This document shows, one piece after another, positions 30,061 to 48,911 of a DNA stretch of 64,000 nucleotides. Made by a program: the position numbers and the translations under genes. The notes under the pieces were generated by a model. It made no database searches, was not told the origin of the DNA, and worked only from the letters and a program-made list of their open reading frames with translations. Each line of letters starts with the position of its first letter. Within the stretch, counting starts at the first letter, position 1. Origin of the DNA: Eledone cirrhosa (Eukaryota); assembly GCA_964016885.1 (NCBI GenBank), contig OZ024758.1, positions 11,718,001 through 11,782,000 of the forward strand. The letters are read 5' to 3'.

Positions 30061-30271
30061 TACATACATATACACATATATACATACACATATATATATA
30101 TATGCATATATACATATATATATACATACATATATACATATATATATATATACACATACATATATATATATACACATACATATACATATATATATATATA
30201 CACATACATATATATATACATATATATATATATACACATACATATATATATACACATACATATATATATAC

Positions 30272-30304
<33 letters not shown>

Positions 30305-30305
30305 T

Positions 30306-30351
<46 letters not shown>

Positions 30352-30499
30352 ATATATATATACATATATATATATATACACATACATATATATATACATA
30401 TATATATATATATGCATATATATATACATATATATATACATATATATATATATACATATACATATATATATATACATATACATATATATATATATATAC

Positions 30500-30536
<37 letters not shown>

Positions 30537-30643
30537 CATATATATATACATATATATATATATATGCATATATATATACATATATATATACATATATATA
30601 CATATACATATATATATATATATACACATACATATATATATAT
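29866..30643. repeat. Interrupted (TA)n/(TACA) array
   Basis: Direct reading; internal higher-order repeats marked by TATGCATA at ~30101, 30411, 30563. Confidence 0.95.
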
Positions 30644-30847
30644 CGTTTCTGAATTTGTTTAGCAAGATTCTTTATCTGAAATCGTGTGTTGAAACCGATA
30701 TTGTTATACTTTGGGACGGTCATGTTGCCAATAAGAAACACACGCACCAGTTACTTTCACTTCAATTTATTATATATTTATAAATTTACAAATTTATAAA
30801 TTTCTGGTTGGTTGGTTGGTTCCACAACCAGATAGTTGTTTATATAT

Positions 30848-30892
30848 AGTCATAGTTCTTTCGTCACACACTCTGTCACCTCTTCAGTGACT
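30848..30892 (-). ncRNA. Minimal hammerhead motif
   Basis: AGTCA-CTGAAGA-GGTGACAGAGTGTGTGAC-GAAA-GAACTA-TGACT; perfect stem I; homologous to 49571-49614. Confidence 0.72.
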
Positions 30893-30948
30893 GGGGATTC
30901 CTTTCTTTGTTTCTGTGCCTCTCCTTTGTTCTGTCCTACGCCATTTTC

Positions 30949-32932
<1,984 letters not shown>

Positions 32933-34316
32933 GTGTGTGTGAGTGTGTGTGCACATGTATGTGTGCGTATATGATACTCTTGTACAGTGGAGTATAATGC
33001 TTTATATATTATCCTACTCATTTAGAAAATAAAAGTCTATGTTTATCTTTCTCTACGACCATGTGAGCCTCTTTATATATATATATATATATATATATAC
33101 GCATATGCATGCATAGGACGTGGGTGTATAAATCATTTAGATACTATTTTCCTATTTTCCTGTGTTTTTCCGTATGCAATGTCCATATTTATTTTTAAAC
33201 ATGAATGAAATAAATTAATTTGTATATAATTCCACCCGAGGAAAAATACTAGAAATTATTAAACAAAAATTATTGACATTGTTAGATATAATTATTTAAT
33301 TAGTTGGAAACCATTACCAATATAGTTATCTCCCTTCTCCTCACTGAGCCTCGGTGTCACAGGTCATGCTGACCATATACCACGTGATTACCTGTTAGAC
33401 CTAAACATTGTTTTCCGTAAATAAACTCTTAGCTTTATTGCTAGAATATTCTGATTACTATAGACACTATCCTTTAAGGAAACTTGTGATTCCAGTGATA
33501 ACGCATTCAATTCTTGAGAATTGGATTCTGAATGGAAGCTAATTTAAAGAACTGTGTGTCTATGTGTGTTTGTCTGTGTGTGCGTGTGTGTGTGTGTATG
33601 TGTATATGTGTGTGTGTGTGTGAGGGGGGCGTGTCTGTGTGTGCGTGACTATAGTGATTCTGCTAGTATGCCAAACCAAAATATAAATTGATATATATGT
33701 GAGACAGATACGCTCATAATGAAAACAGGAATCTTATAAGCATGAACTAATGTGTAAATATGTGATGTACATGCGTCTAGGGAAATAAAAATCATCAGCA
33801 AATATTCAAATTGAAAGATAATGAAAAGTTAAAACATTCCTTCGCAATAAACAAAGACAAATTAATTTAATGGAATTTAAGAAAATGATTACTTTTCATT
33901 TCCTAGAAAATAATCACGTAAAAAATTACAACTAATTATTGCTAAAGCATAAAACTAATGTTTGGAGATGTAGCAAATATAATGGTTTATTTCATTCGAT
34001 GTTTATTGCTAATAATGGTTAAATTATTGGACGGGCGCTGTTTTAATTTTCAAAGAAAAACGTAAAAGAAATCACATATCTTTAGTCGAGCTCGCCAAAT
34101 CATCCCAATTTGTCCATTTCGTATCGAGAAATAACAACCGTTTTCAGTTTAATACGTTTTAGCATACGAATTTTGAATAACAGAAATTTATGTAAATAAT
34201 TTACATAGAAAGGCAAAAGAAAGACAGGGCGACACACATAAATACCTCATACGCATATAAAGATAGAGTTAAATATATTTTCCATATATACTTTAATATA
34301 TGTGTATGTATGTATG

Positions 34317-34347
<31 letters not shown>

Positions 34348-34533
34348 GTATATATATATATTTAAAGGTTAAGCAAGGTTCAATGAATAAATGAAAGAAT
34401 AAAGTTTTACGATAGATTAGAAGCACTCCACAGTAATGGTTTTCCGGAGTTATTAATATTAATTAAGTAGATGGTTAAAATTCATGACTGAATTTTAACC
34501 ATCTATTTAGTCAAGGTATGTCATGCACCATCT

Positions 34534-34600
34534 TATTTTATCTGATGAGGACGTACTGTTGAAGATAGCTCAGTACCTCTGAAATATGTATAATAAAATA
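34534..34600 (+). ncRNA. Hammerhead motif in TA-flanked island 34362-34645
   Basis: TATTTTAT-CTGATGA-GGACGTACTG...CAGTACCTCT-GAAA-TATGTATA-ATAAAATA, with a perfect 8-bp stem I. Small hairpin at 34468-34506 and AGCACTC at 34422. Confidence 0.82.
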
Positions 34601-34641
34601 TACTTGATCACACGAATTTCTATTTTTGTTAATATTTTGAA

Positions 34642-34686
<45 letters not shown>

Positions 34687-34847
34687 CTTATATAAGATAT
34701 TTATTTTTTAAATGGAAACACTGAAACAATAGGAAAATAATTCCATACGCCATTTATAATTCAGATCATTGTTTAAGAAGTAAACATTATTGGATCAAAA
34801 TAACTATTTGCTTAGAATAAATTCCACGTCAGCATTGTAAAGTAGGA

Positions 34848-34883
<36 letters not shown>

Positions 34884-35162
34884 TTGTGTGCGTGCGTGTG
34901 TGCGTGCGCGCGTGGATTTGTGAACTACCAAACCCAGTAGTAATACATCGAAGTGTGGCAGAAACGCGACAGCTGATCATGGTCAGTCGAATGACACCTG
35001 TTGGTCAGATTTACGATGACATAGAAAAACACCAGCCAATAACAGAACGCGCGAAGAGGATGTTTTTGACGCTAACACCCCAGTGAGAGAATTTGCTCCG
35101 AAATCATTAGACGTGTCCGTCGAACCTGCGGATCCAGAATCAGACAGATCCACACAATAATC

Positions 35163-35200
35163 GTGTCTCGAGCTGCCCGCCGGCGAAACAATTGTAACAC
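35163..35200 (+). ncRNA. Hammerhead remnant with an apparent 2-nt core deletion (island ~34915-35320)
   Basis: GTGT-CT(--)CGA-GCTG(CCCGC)CGGC-GAAA-CAATTGTA-ACAC; AATAAA at 35203, GAGTGCT at 35275, then (CA)n. Confidence 0.6.
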
Positions 35201-35319
35201 ACAATAAATTGAGTTCAGATGCATCACTGAATTTTCGTTTTATATTATATCATACTCTGCTCTGTAAGAACATAGAGTGCTGAACCGGCATACCGCCTAT
35301 GGAAGCATCTTAGCTACCA

Positions 35320-35451
<132 letters not shown>

Positions 35452-35456
35452 GCATG

Positions 35457-35503
<47 letters not shown>

Positions 35504-35932
35504 CGATATTTCTCATACATATTTCTTCCTACCTCTAAAAAGAAATAGTATATTTTGTTTAGGTAAGGTATGATGGTAAAACTTCACGCGCCAATAATTT
35601 TATCGTTGTATGTATCTTGTAAATTCACCTGGGAAAATAACAATATTCATGTAAGACGTTTAATATAGGATACAAAAGTTCAATGTTCCTATTAATGTAT
35701 TAACATTCACGTCCCTGCATACAAATGCATAATCATCCACAAATAAACGTGCTTCATCGTAAATATTATTTTCTACATGATATTTAGTAAACTTTTCATA
35801 ACATATCAACAATTTAATTAATAGGCAACATAAAAATGATGAAACGAAATAGAAACGTAAATATGAACTGTTATTGCTGTCGTTATTGTTTCTGTTTTTT
35901 CGTTTTCTTATTAGTATTATTATTATTATCAT

Positions 35933-35971
<39 letters not shown>

Positions 35972-36946
35972 AACTATAACTACTACTACTACTACTACTA
36001 ATACTACCACCACCACCGCCACCACTACTACTACCACCACCTCCGCCACGACTCCTACTACTACTGCTACTACTATAAATAATATTATGAGGATAATAAT
36101 AAAATAAGATATTAGACACAAAATATAGAAATTCTCTCGATTTCTAATATTGATATATTGAATAAATACATAAATAAATATCTCACTAATATGAAAATAT
36201 TTGCCATCCATATTTCGTTAAATTAATGCCAAGGAAAGCAGAGATAAGCAACAGCATGGCGAGTCTTCGGCTTAAAACAGACTTTAACTTTTATTAAACA
36301 CTCAAAGCAAATATTAGCTAATATTTCGTGTTGGCACAGGATCCAAAAACATTTTCCATTTAACATCATACAAACATTGGATAAATATCTAAATATTCTT
36401 GTTTGTTCTTTATATCATAAAGGTGACATATGCGTATGTGTATATAAGCTCACATAAGCATCCTCAAAGATTGGACTGGTCACAACAACGAGACCTTCTA
36501 TGCATGATGGGGAACAAAACTATATTAGAAGCACAAATAAAGAAAATAGTAAAAACTTAAATAAAGAAAATATATAAAGATAATAAAAGAAACTATAAAT
36601 AAACTATAAAGAAAATATAAAGAACATATAAAAATATATATAGTGAGAAAACACGATACGTGTAGAGGAATAAAAAAAATCATGTGACAAGAGGAATTCT
36701 AGAAATGAAATAATTAGCTAATTACTTTCAATAAACCCTCTTTTGCTTAAGGGACAGTATTTCAAAATGCCGTATGTTTTATACAGACCTGTGTTCATGT
36801 GATCAATACTTCATCACAGATCATTAATTAAGTAGTAGTAGCAACAGCAGCAGCAGCAGCAGTAGCAGTAGTAGTAGTAATGATAATAATAATAATAATA
36901 GTAATAAGAAAACGAAAAAACAGAAACAATAACGACAGAAATTAAG

Positions 36947-37136
36947 GGTGGTGGATTGGCAGTATCGGTAGAGAGTCGGGCACCATGCTTTGACGCATAG
37001 AGTTGCGTCCCTTTATGATCTGAGTTCAAATCCCGCCGAGGTTAACTTTGCCTTTCATCCTTACGGGGTCGATAAAATAAAGTACCAGTAATGTACTGGG
37101 TATTTGCTGGCTTTGTGCCTACAATAGAAACAATTA
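36947..37136 (+). mobile_element. Full-length SINE-1
   Basis: A/B boxes, core and (AATT)n tail. Confidence 0.9.
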
Positions 37137-37643
37137 ATTAATTAATTAGGCTTCCGCCGCCTAGGTTACCCGCTCGTTGATTACGTATTCATTAAGTTAA
37201 TTCTAAACAGGAATCCATTATAGGAAAGTAGGTCACCCACGTGACCAGATATTATTGCAAATCAACTTTTAGTTACAGATTTGGGCCGACAGGTGAGGTA
37301 CTCGGAAAATATATAGGACAATTTGACAGAGTATTTTTCACATTTTCCATAATACATTGCTTTACATAGAATCTCGAGAAATATTCCTCATAACCAAGTT
37401 GTCTTCAACTCAGTGTTTTGTATTTAATAGGCAATCCTGTGATAGTAACTCTCATCTGAGGCGAGATAGAAGCTTTTACAAAAACGTTATTTGTGCACTG
37501 AGCAACCTGTGTTTTCTACACGATTCAATACTAAAGTGACCTCGAGTCTAAGTCAATGTATATTTTTATGGTAAAGATAAAATTGAATGTTATAGATTCC
37601 TAGACACATTATGGGTATTATCTTTAGCACACAGACACATATC

Positions 37644-37748
<105 letters not shown>

Positions 37749-37847
37749 CGTGTAAAGGCCCCCGTCAGTCACGAATGATCAAGGTTTTGCACCTAGAAAA
37801 TTTCCCTCCGAGGCACAAGCCTGGGGAAATTTTGTGGAAGACAATCA

Positions 37848-37893
<46 letters not shown>

Positions 37894-37944
37894 TCGACGT
37901 CAAGAAAGACGTATTTCGAGATTGCCACGAGTCGAAACTGAAAT

Positions 37945-38030
37945 CCCTTGTCCTATAGTCAAGTCCAACTTAATTGACAAACAGTGTTGTTTTCTCCCCG
38001 GACGCAGCACAACTGATCAAATATTCACAG
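37945..38030 (+). mobile_element. Non-LTR reverse transcriptase fragment
   Basis: PIVKSNLIDKQCCFLPGRSTTDQIFT matches the LINE RT motif Q.GFRPGRSTTDQIF. Confidence 0.75.
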
Positions 38031-38687
38031 TTATTTATACAATATTCACAGTTATATATAATCTGCCAGTTATTTATATATTCCCTCGATGAAATACTTC
38101 AGTGGTTGCTTTCTCTAAAAACGGCAAGCAGTGTCTGTGTATTAAATTAAAAAAGATTGAATAAAGGAAGTAAAAATAAGAAACAAAATGAAATATGAGA
38201 AAAATTATAGAGGATTGTGCAAAAAGATGTGAATTTCTTCATCTATTTCCATCGATGACCAGACACGTAGGCGGAAAATCACAAGGAAGTTATATATAGT
38301 AAATTGGTGTGAGTATCGGGAGTGTAAGTGGGGTTTATTGGAACTAGGGTGGTGTGGCTGAATAGTGGTGGAAAATGGCTAACACAAAATTAAATTTTGC
38401 ACGCAGCATAATTTCTCCAATGATGCGTAACGTGATGTAAGTCATTGATGGAAAGTTCAGAAGAACAAAAGTAATGGGAAACATCGAAAAGGTTTTCGGG
38501 ATGAATAACTGTGAGCTTTTTGGCAAAACGGCCAAATGGTCCTTCGTTGAGTAACCAGTTTTGCCGATGCAGAGGCCATTGCAAAACAATAGTCTAATGG
38601 AATTATACCAGTAACGAGATTGCAAACAGTGTTACGAAAATATAGATATATGACGTAAAATCATATATTCTATCTTACCTCTATCCC

Positions 38688-38888
38688 AAGCCCAGAGGCT
38701 CACCAGGAATGTGCTTATAACGGTTTCGTGGCGTGAAGCGCCTGAGCGTACAAGACTTCCCCCTGGAAGCAGGGTTAAACCCAAGCTATTGCTGGTACTC
38801 ATTTTCAGCTGAGTACACTGGAGCAACTTGAAGTGAAGTGTTTTGCTCAAGAACACAACACATAACTCAGTCCAGGACTTGAGCCCCC
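38688..38888 (-). mobile_element. SINE-2-related copy, 5'-truncated
   Basis: Reverse complement of TGTGTTCTTGAGCAAAACACTTCACTTCAAGTTGCTCCAGTGTACTCAGCTGAAAATGAGTACCAG. Confidence 0.7.
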
Positions 38889-38907
38889 AAAAATATTTAT
38901 ATATGCA

Positions 38908-38958
<51 letters not shown>

Positions 38959-39106
38959 GTCTGTGTATATAAATATTTGGGGGGGGGGGATTAAATTCCT
39001 GGATTGAGTTGTGTGTTGTGTTCTTGAGCAAAACACTTCATATATAATATATATAATACAAATATATTTATTTATGATAAAAACTGTATAAAAATGATAT
39101 TATTTT

Positions 39107-39492
39107 GTATCGGTAGAGGGTCGGACGCCATGCTTTGACGCATAGAGTTGCGGCCCTTGCCATTCTGAATTCAAATCCCGCCAAGGTTAACTTTGCCTTT
39201 CATCCTTTCGGGGTCGATAAAATAAAGTACCAGTAATACACTGGGTAATTGCTGGCCTTGTGCCAAAAGTAGAAAAATTGTTTACCGTAACAATAATAAT
39301 AATAATTGTTTCTACGTTAGGCACAAGGCCAGCAATTACCCAGTGCATTACTGGTACTTTATTTTATCGACCCCATAAGGATGAAAGGCAAAGTTAACCT
39401 CGGCGGGATTTGAACTCAGAATGGCAAGGGCCGCAACTCTATGCGTCAAAGCATGGCGTCCGACCCTCTACCGATACTGCCAATCCACCGCC
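39107..39492. mobile_element. Tail-to-tail SINE-1 pair (39107-39280 +, 39302-39492 -)
   Basis: Two near-identical copies in inverted orientation about 20 bp apart. Confidence 0.9.
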
Positions 39493-40273
39493 CTTTATAA
39501 CCCTTTCTTTATAATAACAATAACAGTGCTAATAACATCTATAATGACGGCAATGATAAAAAAGGGAAACAAAAGGAAAGAAAGCATAGAGAAATATAGA
39601 GAAAAAAGAGAGAAAGAAAGAAGAAAAGGAACGGGAGGGGAGAGGGTGATTGGGTTTTAGGCCTAGGGCAAGGAGGCATTTTGTAGCGCCCCGCTGAGAA
39701 GACGGCAAAAGTATTCCCCCGGGCGATGGCCAGTGACACCCGCTGCAACAGCCACCCAAACTCGTGGGGCTCCCTCATCAGACGGACCGCCGACGCTAAG
39801 AAAATAATCAGTGTCATATCTCAGAACCTTTAAGCCATCCATTTTCTCCATTCCACTATCTTTATACAATAGGTCACCATGGCTTTTATCATCAGGAGAA
39901 TGTCTGTATATTTTTAGTGTGTATATGAAATATAATTACGTCATTCGTTTCATGAAATGTTTGGCGTTTTAATTAATCGCCTAAAAAATAATTTGTCGAA
40001 TTCGCGTATATAAATGTTTGTAAATGAAAGGAGACGGAATTTCCATTGATCTTTTACTAGGGTGTGTCTGATAGCGTTGCTATGTTGCGTTTTCATTTAA
40101 TTTCGTTTCAAACGAATTCATTCTCATTAGATTCAATATTACAATCCAAAGTATCTAAACAAATGATCATGATCTCTCGGAACATCTAGCTTACACCCAC
40201 AGACATTCACACATGCAGGCACATATACACATTTACACACACACATTCACACACAAAAAATATACGGCCCCTC

Positions 40274-40339
<66 letters not shown>

Positions 40340-40375
40340 TATAATACCTAACTGTGCCAAGGATCGCACACATAT

Positions 40376-40429
<54 letters not shown>

Positions 40430-40854
40430 TTGTGTGTTTGTGTGTGTTTGTGTGTGTTTGTGTGTAAGGGTTGAGACAATAATCCAATCGATATGCAATA
40501 TCCATTATAATAAAGAGTTAGTCGCAAAACTATCATCCCTGGGGACAGAAAACAAAATATCAGGAAACGACGAAGTCATTTCGAAATTAATTACATGCGA
40601 ACTCAACCGAGTGAAAAATCTCCAGTTCCAATATAAATCAGATATTGGTAAAAGTATAAAATGTTCCTATAGTGAAGTAAATAACAAAGGAAAATCAAGC
40701 TCGTAATCATAAAATTCAAATATTGAGCCAGAAAAGGAAGTAAGACCGCCAAATTAAATTCTAGTATGGGAAACCATAAACCACACAGTGAAGACACAAC
40801 AACGAAAGAAGAAACTCTCCACATTCAACCCACGCATATAAGGCAAACATATAC

Positions 40855-43135
<2,281 letters not shown>

Positions 43136-43478
43136 CGGAGATGGACCATAACGCACCAGAGTACTCAATAGTTAGGGCAGTAGAGTGGGTTATAGGAGAA
43201 AGTATAACTCCGACGGCAGCGCTCAAACCGTTTCGGCGGCTATCCAGAAATAGCCGTCAAAACGGCTTGAGCTCTGCCGTCGGGGTCATACTTTCTCCTA
43301 TATATATATATATATGATTGGTGTTGGATGCTTAAAGCGTCCATATGATGTAAGCCGTTTGAGCACTCGTTATTCTCATAATATATCCTAATATATCCCT
43401 GCCATATATTGTACCGATTGTGGAGTTATTTCTGTTTAGCTTTTGCATATATATACATATATATATATTCATCGCCGT

Positions 43479-43512
<34 letters not shown>

Positions 43513-43818
43513 GTTGTTGTCGTTGTCGTTGTTGTTGTTGTTGTTGTTGTTTTTGTTGTTGTTGTTGGAAAATAATTGCATTTAAAAAAGAAATGATAGT
43601 TACTTTCCAATACTTGCAGATGAGAATCCTAGCTAAAAGTGTCACATTGTAAATTGTTTTTTCTATTGGTGCAGAAAATTACAGATACACTTCTTAGCAA
43701 GTAAGCTGTGGCTAATATAAAACATACGATCCGGCATTCCAAGATAGATCAAAAAAATCGGTTAGCAATATAATGTGGAAATCTGCCATGCTCGCCTGAC
43801 GAGCATGGTAGATTCTTC

Positions 43819-43885
<67 letters not shown>

Positions 43886-44275
43886 GTATAATAAACAATA
43901 CAATATAATTACCTCATTACCAGAGGTTTCCCGAATAAGAAGAATACGAAAAAACGTCCTCATTCGTTCGTCGGACAAGGTAATATAAAACAGTGAAATA
44001 TTTGGAAAGTCTCCTCAAGAAATGTAAAAAATATATAAATCAAAGTAATGCAAGAGATATATAAAAAAAATATATAAAAAATATAAGGAAATATAGTTAG
44101 GTGTGTGTATATGTATGTATATACACTCACAAATGTACATATGTGTGTATGTACAAATGCATGTGTATGGTGAAAATGTGTGCGTAAGTACATATATGAG
44201 GGCAAGTATATTTGTGTATATGTGACCACAAATACGGATATAATATGAGTTTTTCAATTTTCAACGGAAACTTCA

Positions 44276-44359
<84 letters not shown>

Positions 44360-44911
44360 CGTCTGCAAGCACGTTATCTATTTGAAGATTCATTTATTAT
44401 GGGCAAAACTTAATCGTATAACGCACAATAATTATTGATCAGTTGGTGGAACGGACGAATGAAATGCTGTGATGTTATGATGTTCATTATTTCCTTAATG
44501 GTATTTTCTCTGGATATGATTTGAAATATATCAGCATCACTTATAGCTTGTTTGGTTTACGTCTGTGTTAAAGATATTATATTTCTAATGGCATTGTATT
44601 GACATTGAAATAACTACATCTGCACTAATATAGACGGATGTAATTAAGATGTTTACAAAGAATTAAATGTGTCTCTAAATACATTAATTTTCAAAGAGTG
44701 AAATAAATACAGAAGACAGTGAGAAAATCATGTTATGAAATATCAAAGGTAGATAAAAATTTGAAGACAAAGAAACGGCAAATAAAAGTGAATTATGTGA
44801 ACTAGAAATGGAAAATTTAATTAAAATAAGAATGTATTTAGTGTTGCAAAGCTCATCATTTATTAGAAGAATAAGTAATGACAATAACAAGAAAAGTATA
44901 AAAACAAAATA

Positions 44912-45045
44912 AAATATAACTCGAATACATAGATAATGAATAAAACACGACATCGATGGATATATATATATATCTATATATATATATATATATATATCCA
45001 TCGATGTCGTGTTTTATTCATCATCTATGTATTCGAGTTATATTT
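44912..45045. repeat. Inverted repeat (~49-bp arms) around a TA tract
   Basis: AAATATAACTCGAATACATAGAT.ATGAATAAAACACGACATCGATGGA and its reverse complement. Confidence 0.85.
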
Positions 45046-45057
45046 ATTATATATATA

Positions 45058-45500
45058 TTAAAATAACAGATTAAAGTTTAAGCAAAGAATCGCTGCTTTC
45101 ACGCTTAACGGGATCTTCTGAAACTAAAAATATCAATCTGTGAATGCAGAAGTAAATATTTCGAAAAACGTTGCAACCGGAGAAAAACAGGAAGACGATA
45201 CTTTGGTTCGTGGAGACGTTCCCTGGCAATGAACGGAAAAAAAGCGAAGATAATACGTCATTATTTGGACCGTGGAGAACAATTAGACGCAAAGACAAAA
45301 CCATGTGTATGGTATAAATGAAGTCACAGACTAAAATTCTATTTAGGAGACCGAAAGATTCTCGGCTTCAGAGTTAAGAATAAAGTAAATAAATTACACG
45401 CATCCATATACGTACATACACATGAAACGCGAAAAACCCGCCATGGTATGCATACACAATCACGTACACAAAAAACCGCGCAACACCTGTTACCCGCACA
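45058..45500 (-). mobile_element. Family A copy with one internal repeat unit missing
   Basis: Identity to 46440-46920 and 52985-53787. Confidence 0.85.
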
Positions 45501-45619
45501 CATACGAACGTATACACCAATTACACATACAAATATATATTAAAATATATATATATATATGTGTGTGCGTGTATACATATAATTATACAAATGTATATAA
45601 ATATACACACATACATACG

Positions 45620-45712
<93 letters not shown>

Positions 45713-46117
45713 CGAAGGAGTGTGGTAAGGAACCAGATGGACCATAACGCACCAGAGTACCCAATACTTAGGGCAGTAGAGCGGGTAATAGGAGAATGTT
45801 CAAACCCAACGACAGAGCGCAAGCTGTCCAGAAAAAGCCGTCGAAACGGCTTGAGCTCTGTCGTCGGGGTTGAACATTTTCTTATATATATATATATTTC
45901 ATCACTTTCTGTTGCTTAAACGATTTTGTTTGTTTACCCTAGCGTCCCCTTTATTTACGTGTCCCAACGACTTTTGTTAGCCGTTGCTCGCACCAACCTG
46001 AGGTATATGGCCTTTAAAGCGACGAAATGCCTACGACGGTTGGAAGGCCACTGATGAGGGACAAACTTTTTCATATGTAACCCATTTGCAACGCCGCAGC
46101 TCCATTATTATCATATT

Positions 46118-46206
<89 letters not shown>

Positions 46207-46305
46207 ATGTGGTTCACGGCTGAGAGAAAAGAGTACATCATACGGCCAATTATGTATTGTTTAGCATTACTTTCATCACTTTCCACATTTTATATATACA
46301 CAATG

Positions 46306-46347
<42 letters not shown>

Positions 46348-46350
<3 letters not shown>

Positions 46351-47010
46351 TTAATAATAAATTTGAAGACTAAAATCCAAAGAGGGCTCGGTAAGGATAA
46401 ATATATATCAAATATATAAGAACCGTAGAGCAAATATTTATTAAAATAACAGATTAAAGTTTAAGCAAAGAATCGCTGCTTTCACCCTTAACGGGATCTT
46501 CTGAAACTAAAAGTCAATATGTAAACGCAGAAGTGGATATTTCAAATAACGTTGCAACCGGAGGAAGACAGGAAGACGATACTTTGGTTCGTGGAAACGT
46601 TCGCTGGCAAAGAACGGGAAAAAACGAATATAATACGTCATTAATAGGAGCGGTGAAAAACAATTACGCGCAAAGACAGGACCACGTTTATGGTATAAAA
46701 GAGGTCGTAGACTAATGTCCTCTTAGGTGGTTCATAGAGACGTTCTCTGGCAATGAACGAAAAAAAACGAAGATAATACGTCATATGTGGACCGTGGAGA
46801 ACAAAGCACGCAAAGACAAAACCACGTAAATGATATAGCAGAAGTCGTAGACTAAAATTCTAACTAGGAGACCGAATGAATCTCCGCTACAGAGTTAAGA
46901 ACAAATTAAATAAATACAATACAGAAGTAATAGAAATAAATAAATACATACACGCAAACAAATACGTACATACACAAGCATACGCAAAACGCTTACCATA
47001 GCTATACAAA
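46348..47010 (-). mobile_element. Family A long copy with two imperfect internal direct repeats
   Basis: GARACGTT..CTGGCAA.GAACG...CAAAGACA..ACCACGT...GTCGTAGACTAA occurs at ~46594-46715 and ~46738-46855. Confidence 0.85.
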
Positions 47011-47112
47011 ACCACAGATTTCTGTCTCGAAACCTTAATTTTCTGTTGAGCTTCCTACTGTAGAAGATATAGAATATATATATATATATATATTCTATAT
47101 ATATATATATAT

Positions 47113-47155
<43 letters not shown>

Positions 47156-48257
47156 TTAAACAGCTGATTTTCAAAGTAGGTTACGTCACCTATCAAAATG
47201 GAGAGTAATGTAAGTAATCTAGCGCTGTGAAACTGATGGATTGATAGTTGTCAGATGAGAATATCACATTCATATATTTAAGGTAGGGTTGTTGTCAGCA
47301 AAGTAAATTTCGACGTAAGACATCATACCTCAGATTCTTACGGAACGCATTATGCTAGAATATGTAAGATACCTTCCTTGAAACAACCCAAGGTTATGTC
47401 ATATATGTAGAGATGTGTTTCCCTTCAGACAGAATATTGAAAATATATCCTATACAATGGATTGAGAGGAAGCGAATTTTACTGCTCTAAATAATATAAT
47501 GTTACGGTTTCTTCGCTTTGGAATTAAATTTAGATTTTATTTAATATATTTTCGGCTGAGATATTCGTGATATTTAGTTTAATATGTGAACCGACCTAGT
47601 ATACACTGCTTCGCTTGCGTATATGATTATTGTAAACACATGCTTGATTCTAGCCCAGGGAGTTTCTTTAATCTAGAAATAATTTATGACAATGTCGTCG
47701 ATTGTATTGTTTGAAATCGGTTAATTACAAAATTTGATATTGCAAAGCATTAAGATTGTTTTTTAATCTCGTTACAAACTGAATGTTTTTAAATTCATCA
47801 AGACGGTGCCATAGTATCAAGGAACTGATTGCATCTTAAACTTTCAAGAAGGCGTTGTTGTATAATTGCGCAACTGACTGGTGTTAATCATATGTAATTT
47901 TTAAAACAACAAACTAAAATGAAGATTTGAATGCTCTTGCTTGAATGGCACTCACAGAAGCCACCTTCGAAGGGAAATGTATTAAGTCCATCTTCAGATG
48001 ACGAAGCTGCTTTAGTATACGATACTATTATCCAGAGAAAAACCTGGTTTGAATATTCAATCGATAGATCTTTTGTAATATGTACAATATACCTTTACAT
48101 TGTGAGTGTGTGTTTGTGAAACATAAACATATACACCAGGTCCAAACACAAAGGAGCCAAACTACAATTGTCACTGCCTCCAACTTTCCCATCTTTCACT
48201 ATTACGAACAAATGCGCGCCCACGTACACACACACATATATATATATGTATATTAAA

Positions 48258-48298
48258 TTGTTATCTGCTCTGCTGCGGCTACAACTTCGCTTTATAGC

Positions 48299-48382
<84 letters not shown>

Positions 48383-48898
48383 TTAAGTCGTTTGGAAGCC
48401 TCGACAATGCAAATGGGTACATCTCCGGGTAACAAGATCCGGTGGTGGAGAGAGAGATGTAAGTGGGTGTACGTTGAGATGCGTAGTGTGTAAAGGTGTG
48501 TAAATGTGTAGAAGAAAGAAGAGAAGAGTATAAAGGATAAAATAAAAATAACAACACGAGAGAGTTACCTTGGGAGAGATTTAATAGTCCCTATATATCT
48601 CGGATTCACATCCATCTCTTGTGTTGTTATTTTAATTTTATCCTTTATACTCTTCCCTTCTTTCTTCTACACATTTACACATCTTTACACACCACGCATC
48701 TCAACGTACACCCACTTACATCTCTCTCTCCACCACCGGATCTTGTTACCTGGAGATTTACCCATTTGCATTGTCGAGGCTTCCAAACGACTTAAAGATA
48801 TTTAATTATTATTCCACAATGCTTCAAGCAAACTTCAATACTCTCTTATATATAGTAGCAATAAAGCGAAGCTGTAGCAGCAGCAGAGCAGATAACAA
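48258..48898. mobile_element. Family B foldback (48381-48846) nested inside a second inverted pair (48258-48302 / 48852-48898)
   Basis: Outer arms TTGTTATCTGCTCTGCTGC..CTACA.CTTCGCTTTAT.GCTACTA and its reverse complement. Inner arms match 9031-9310. Confidence 0.8.
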
Positions 48899-48911
48899 TA
48901 TATATATATAT

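Noticed and set aside
35910-36075. Poly-Thr/Ala/Val/Ser ORFs (also 18878-19030, 36830-36905, 43498-43566)
   Set aside because: Compound trinucleotide microsatellites without splice or coding context.
39660-39800. GC-rich patch with CTGATGAG on the minus strand
   Set aside because: No suitably placed GAAA and stem III; probably a MITE-like fragment, not classifiable.
40466-40850. Open frame [19 protein letters not shown]... with downstream [10 protein letters not shown], a possible PLE ORF relic
   Set aside because: Several stops and only a vague motif resemblance; needs a homology search.
43780-43814. Small hairpin containing CTGACGAG
   Set aside because: No GAAA half; only a short foldback next to TA.
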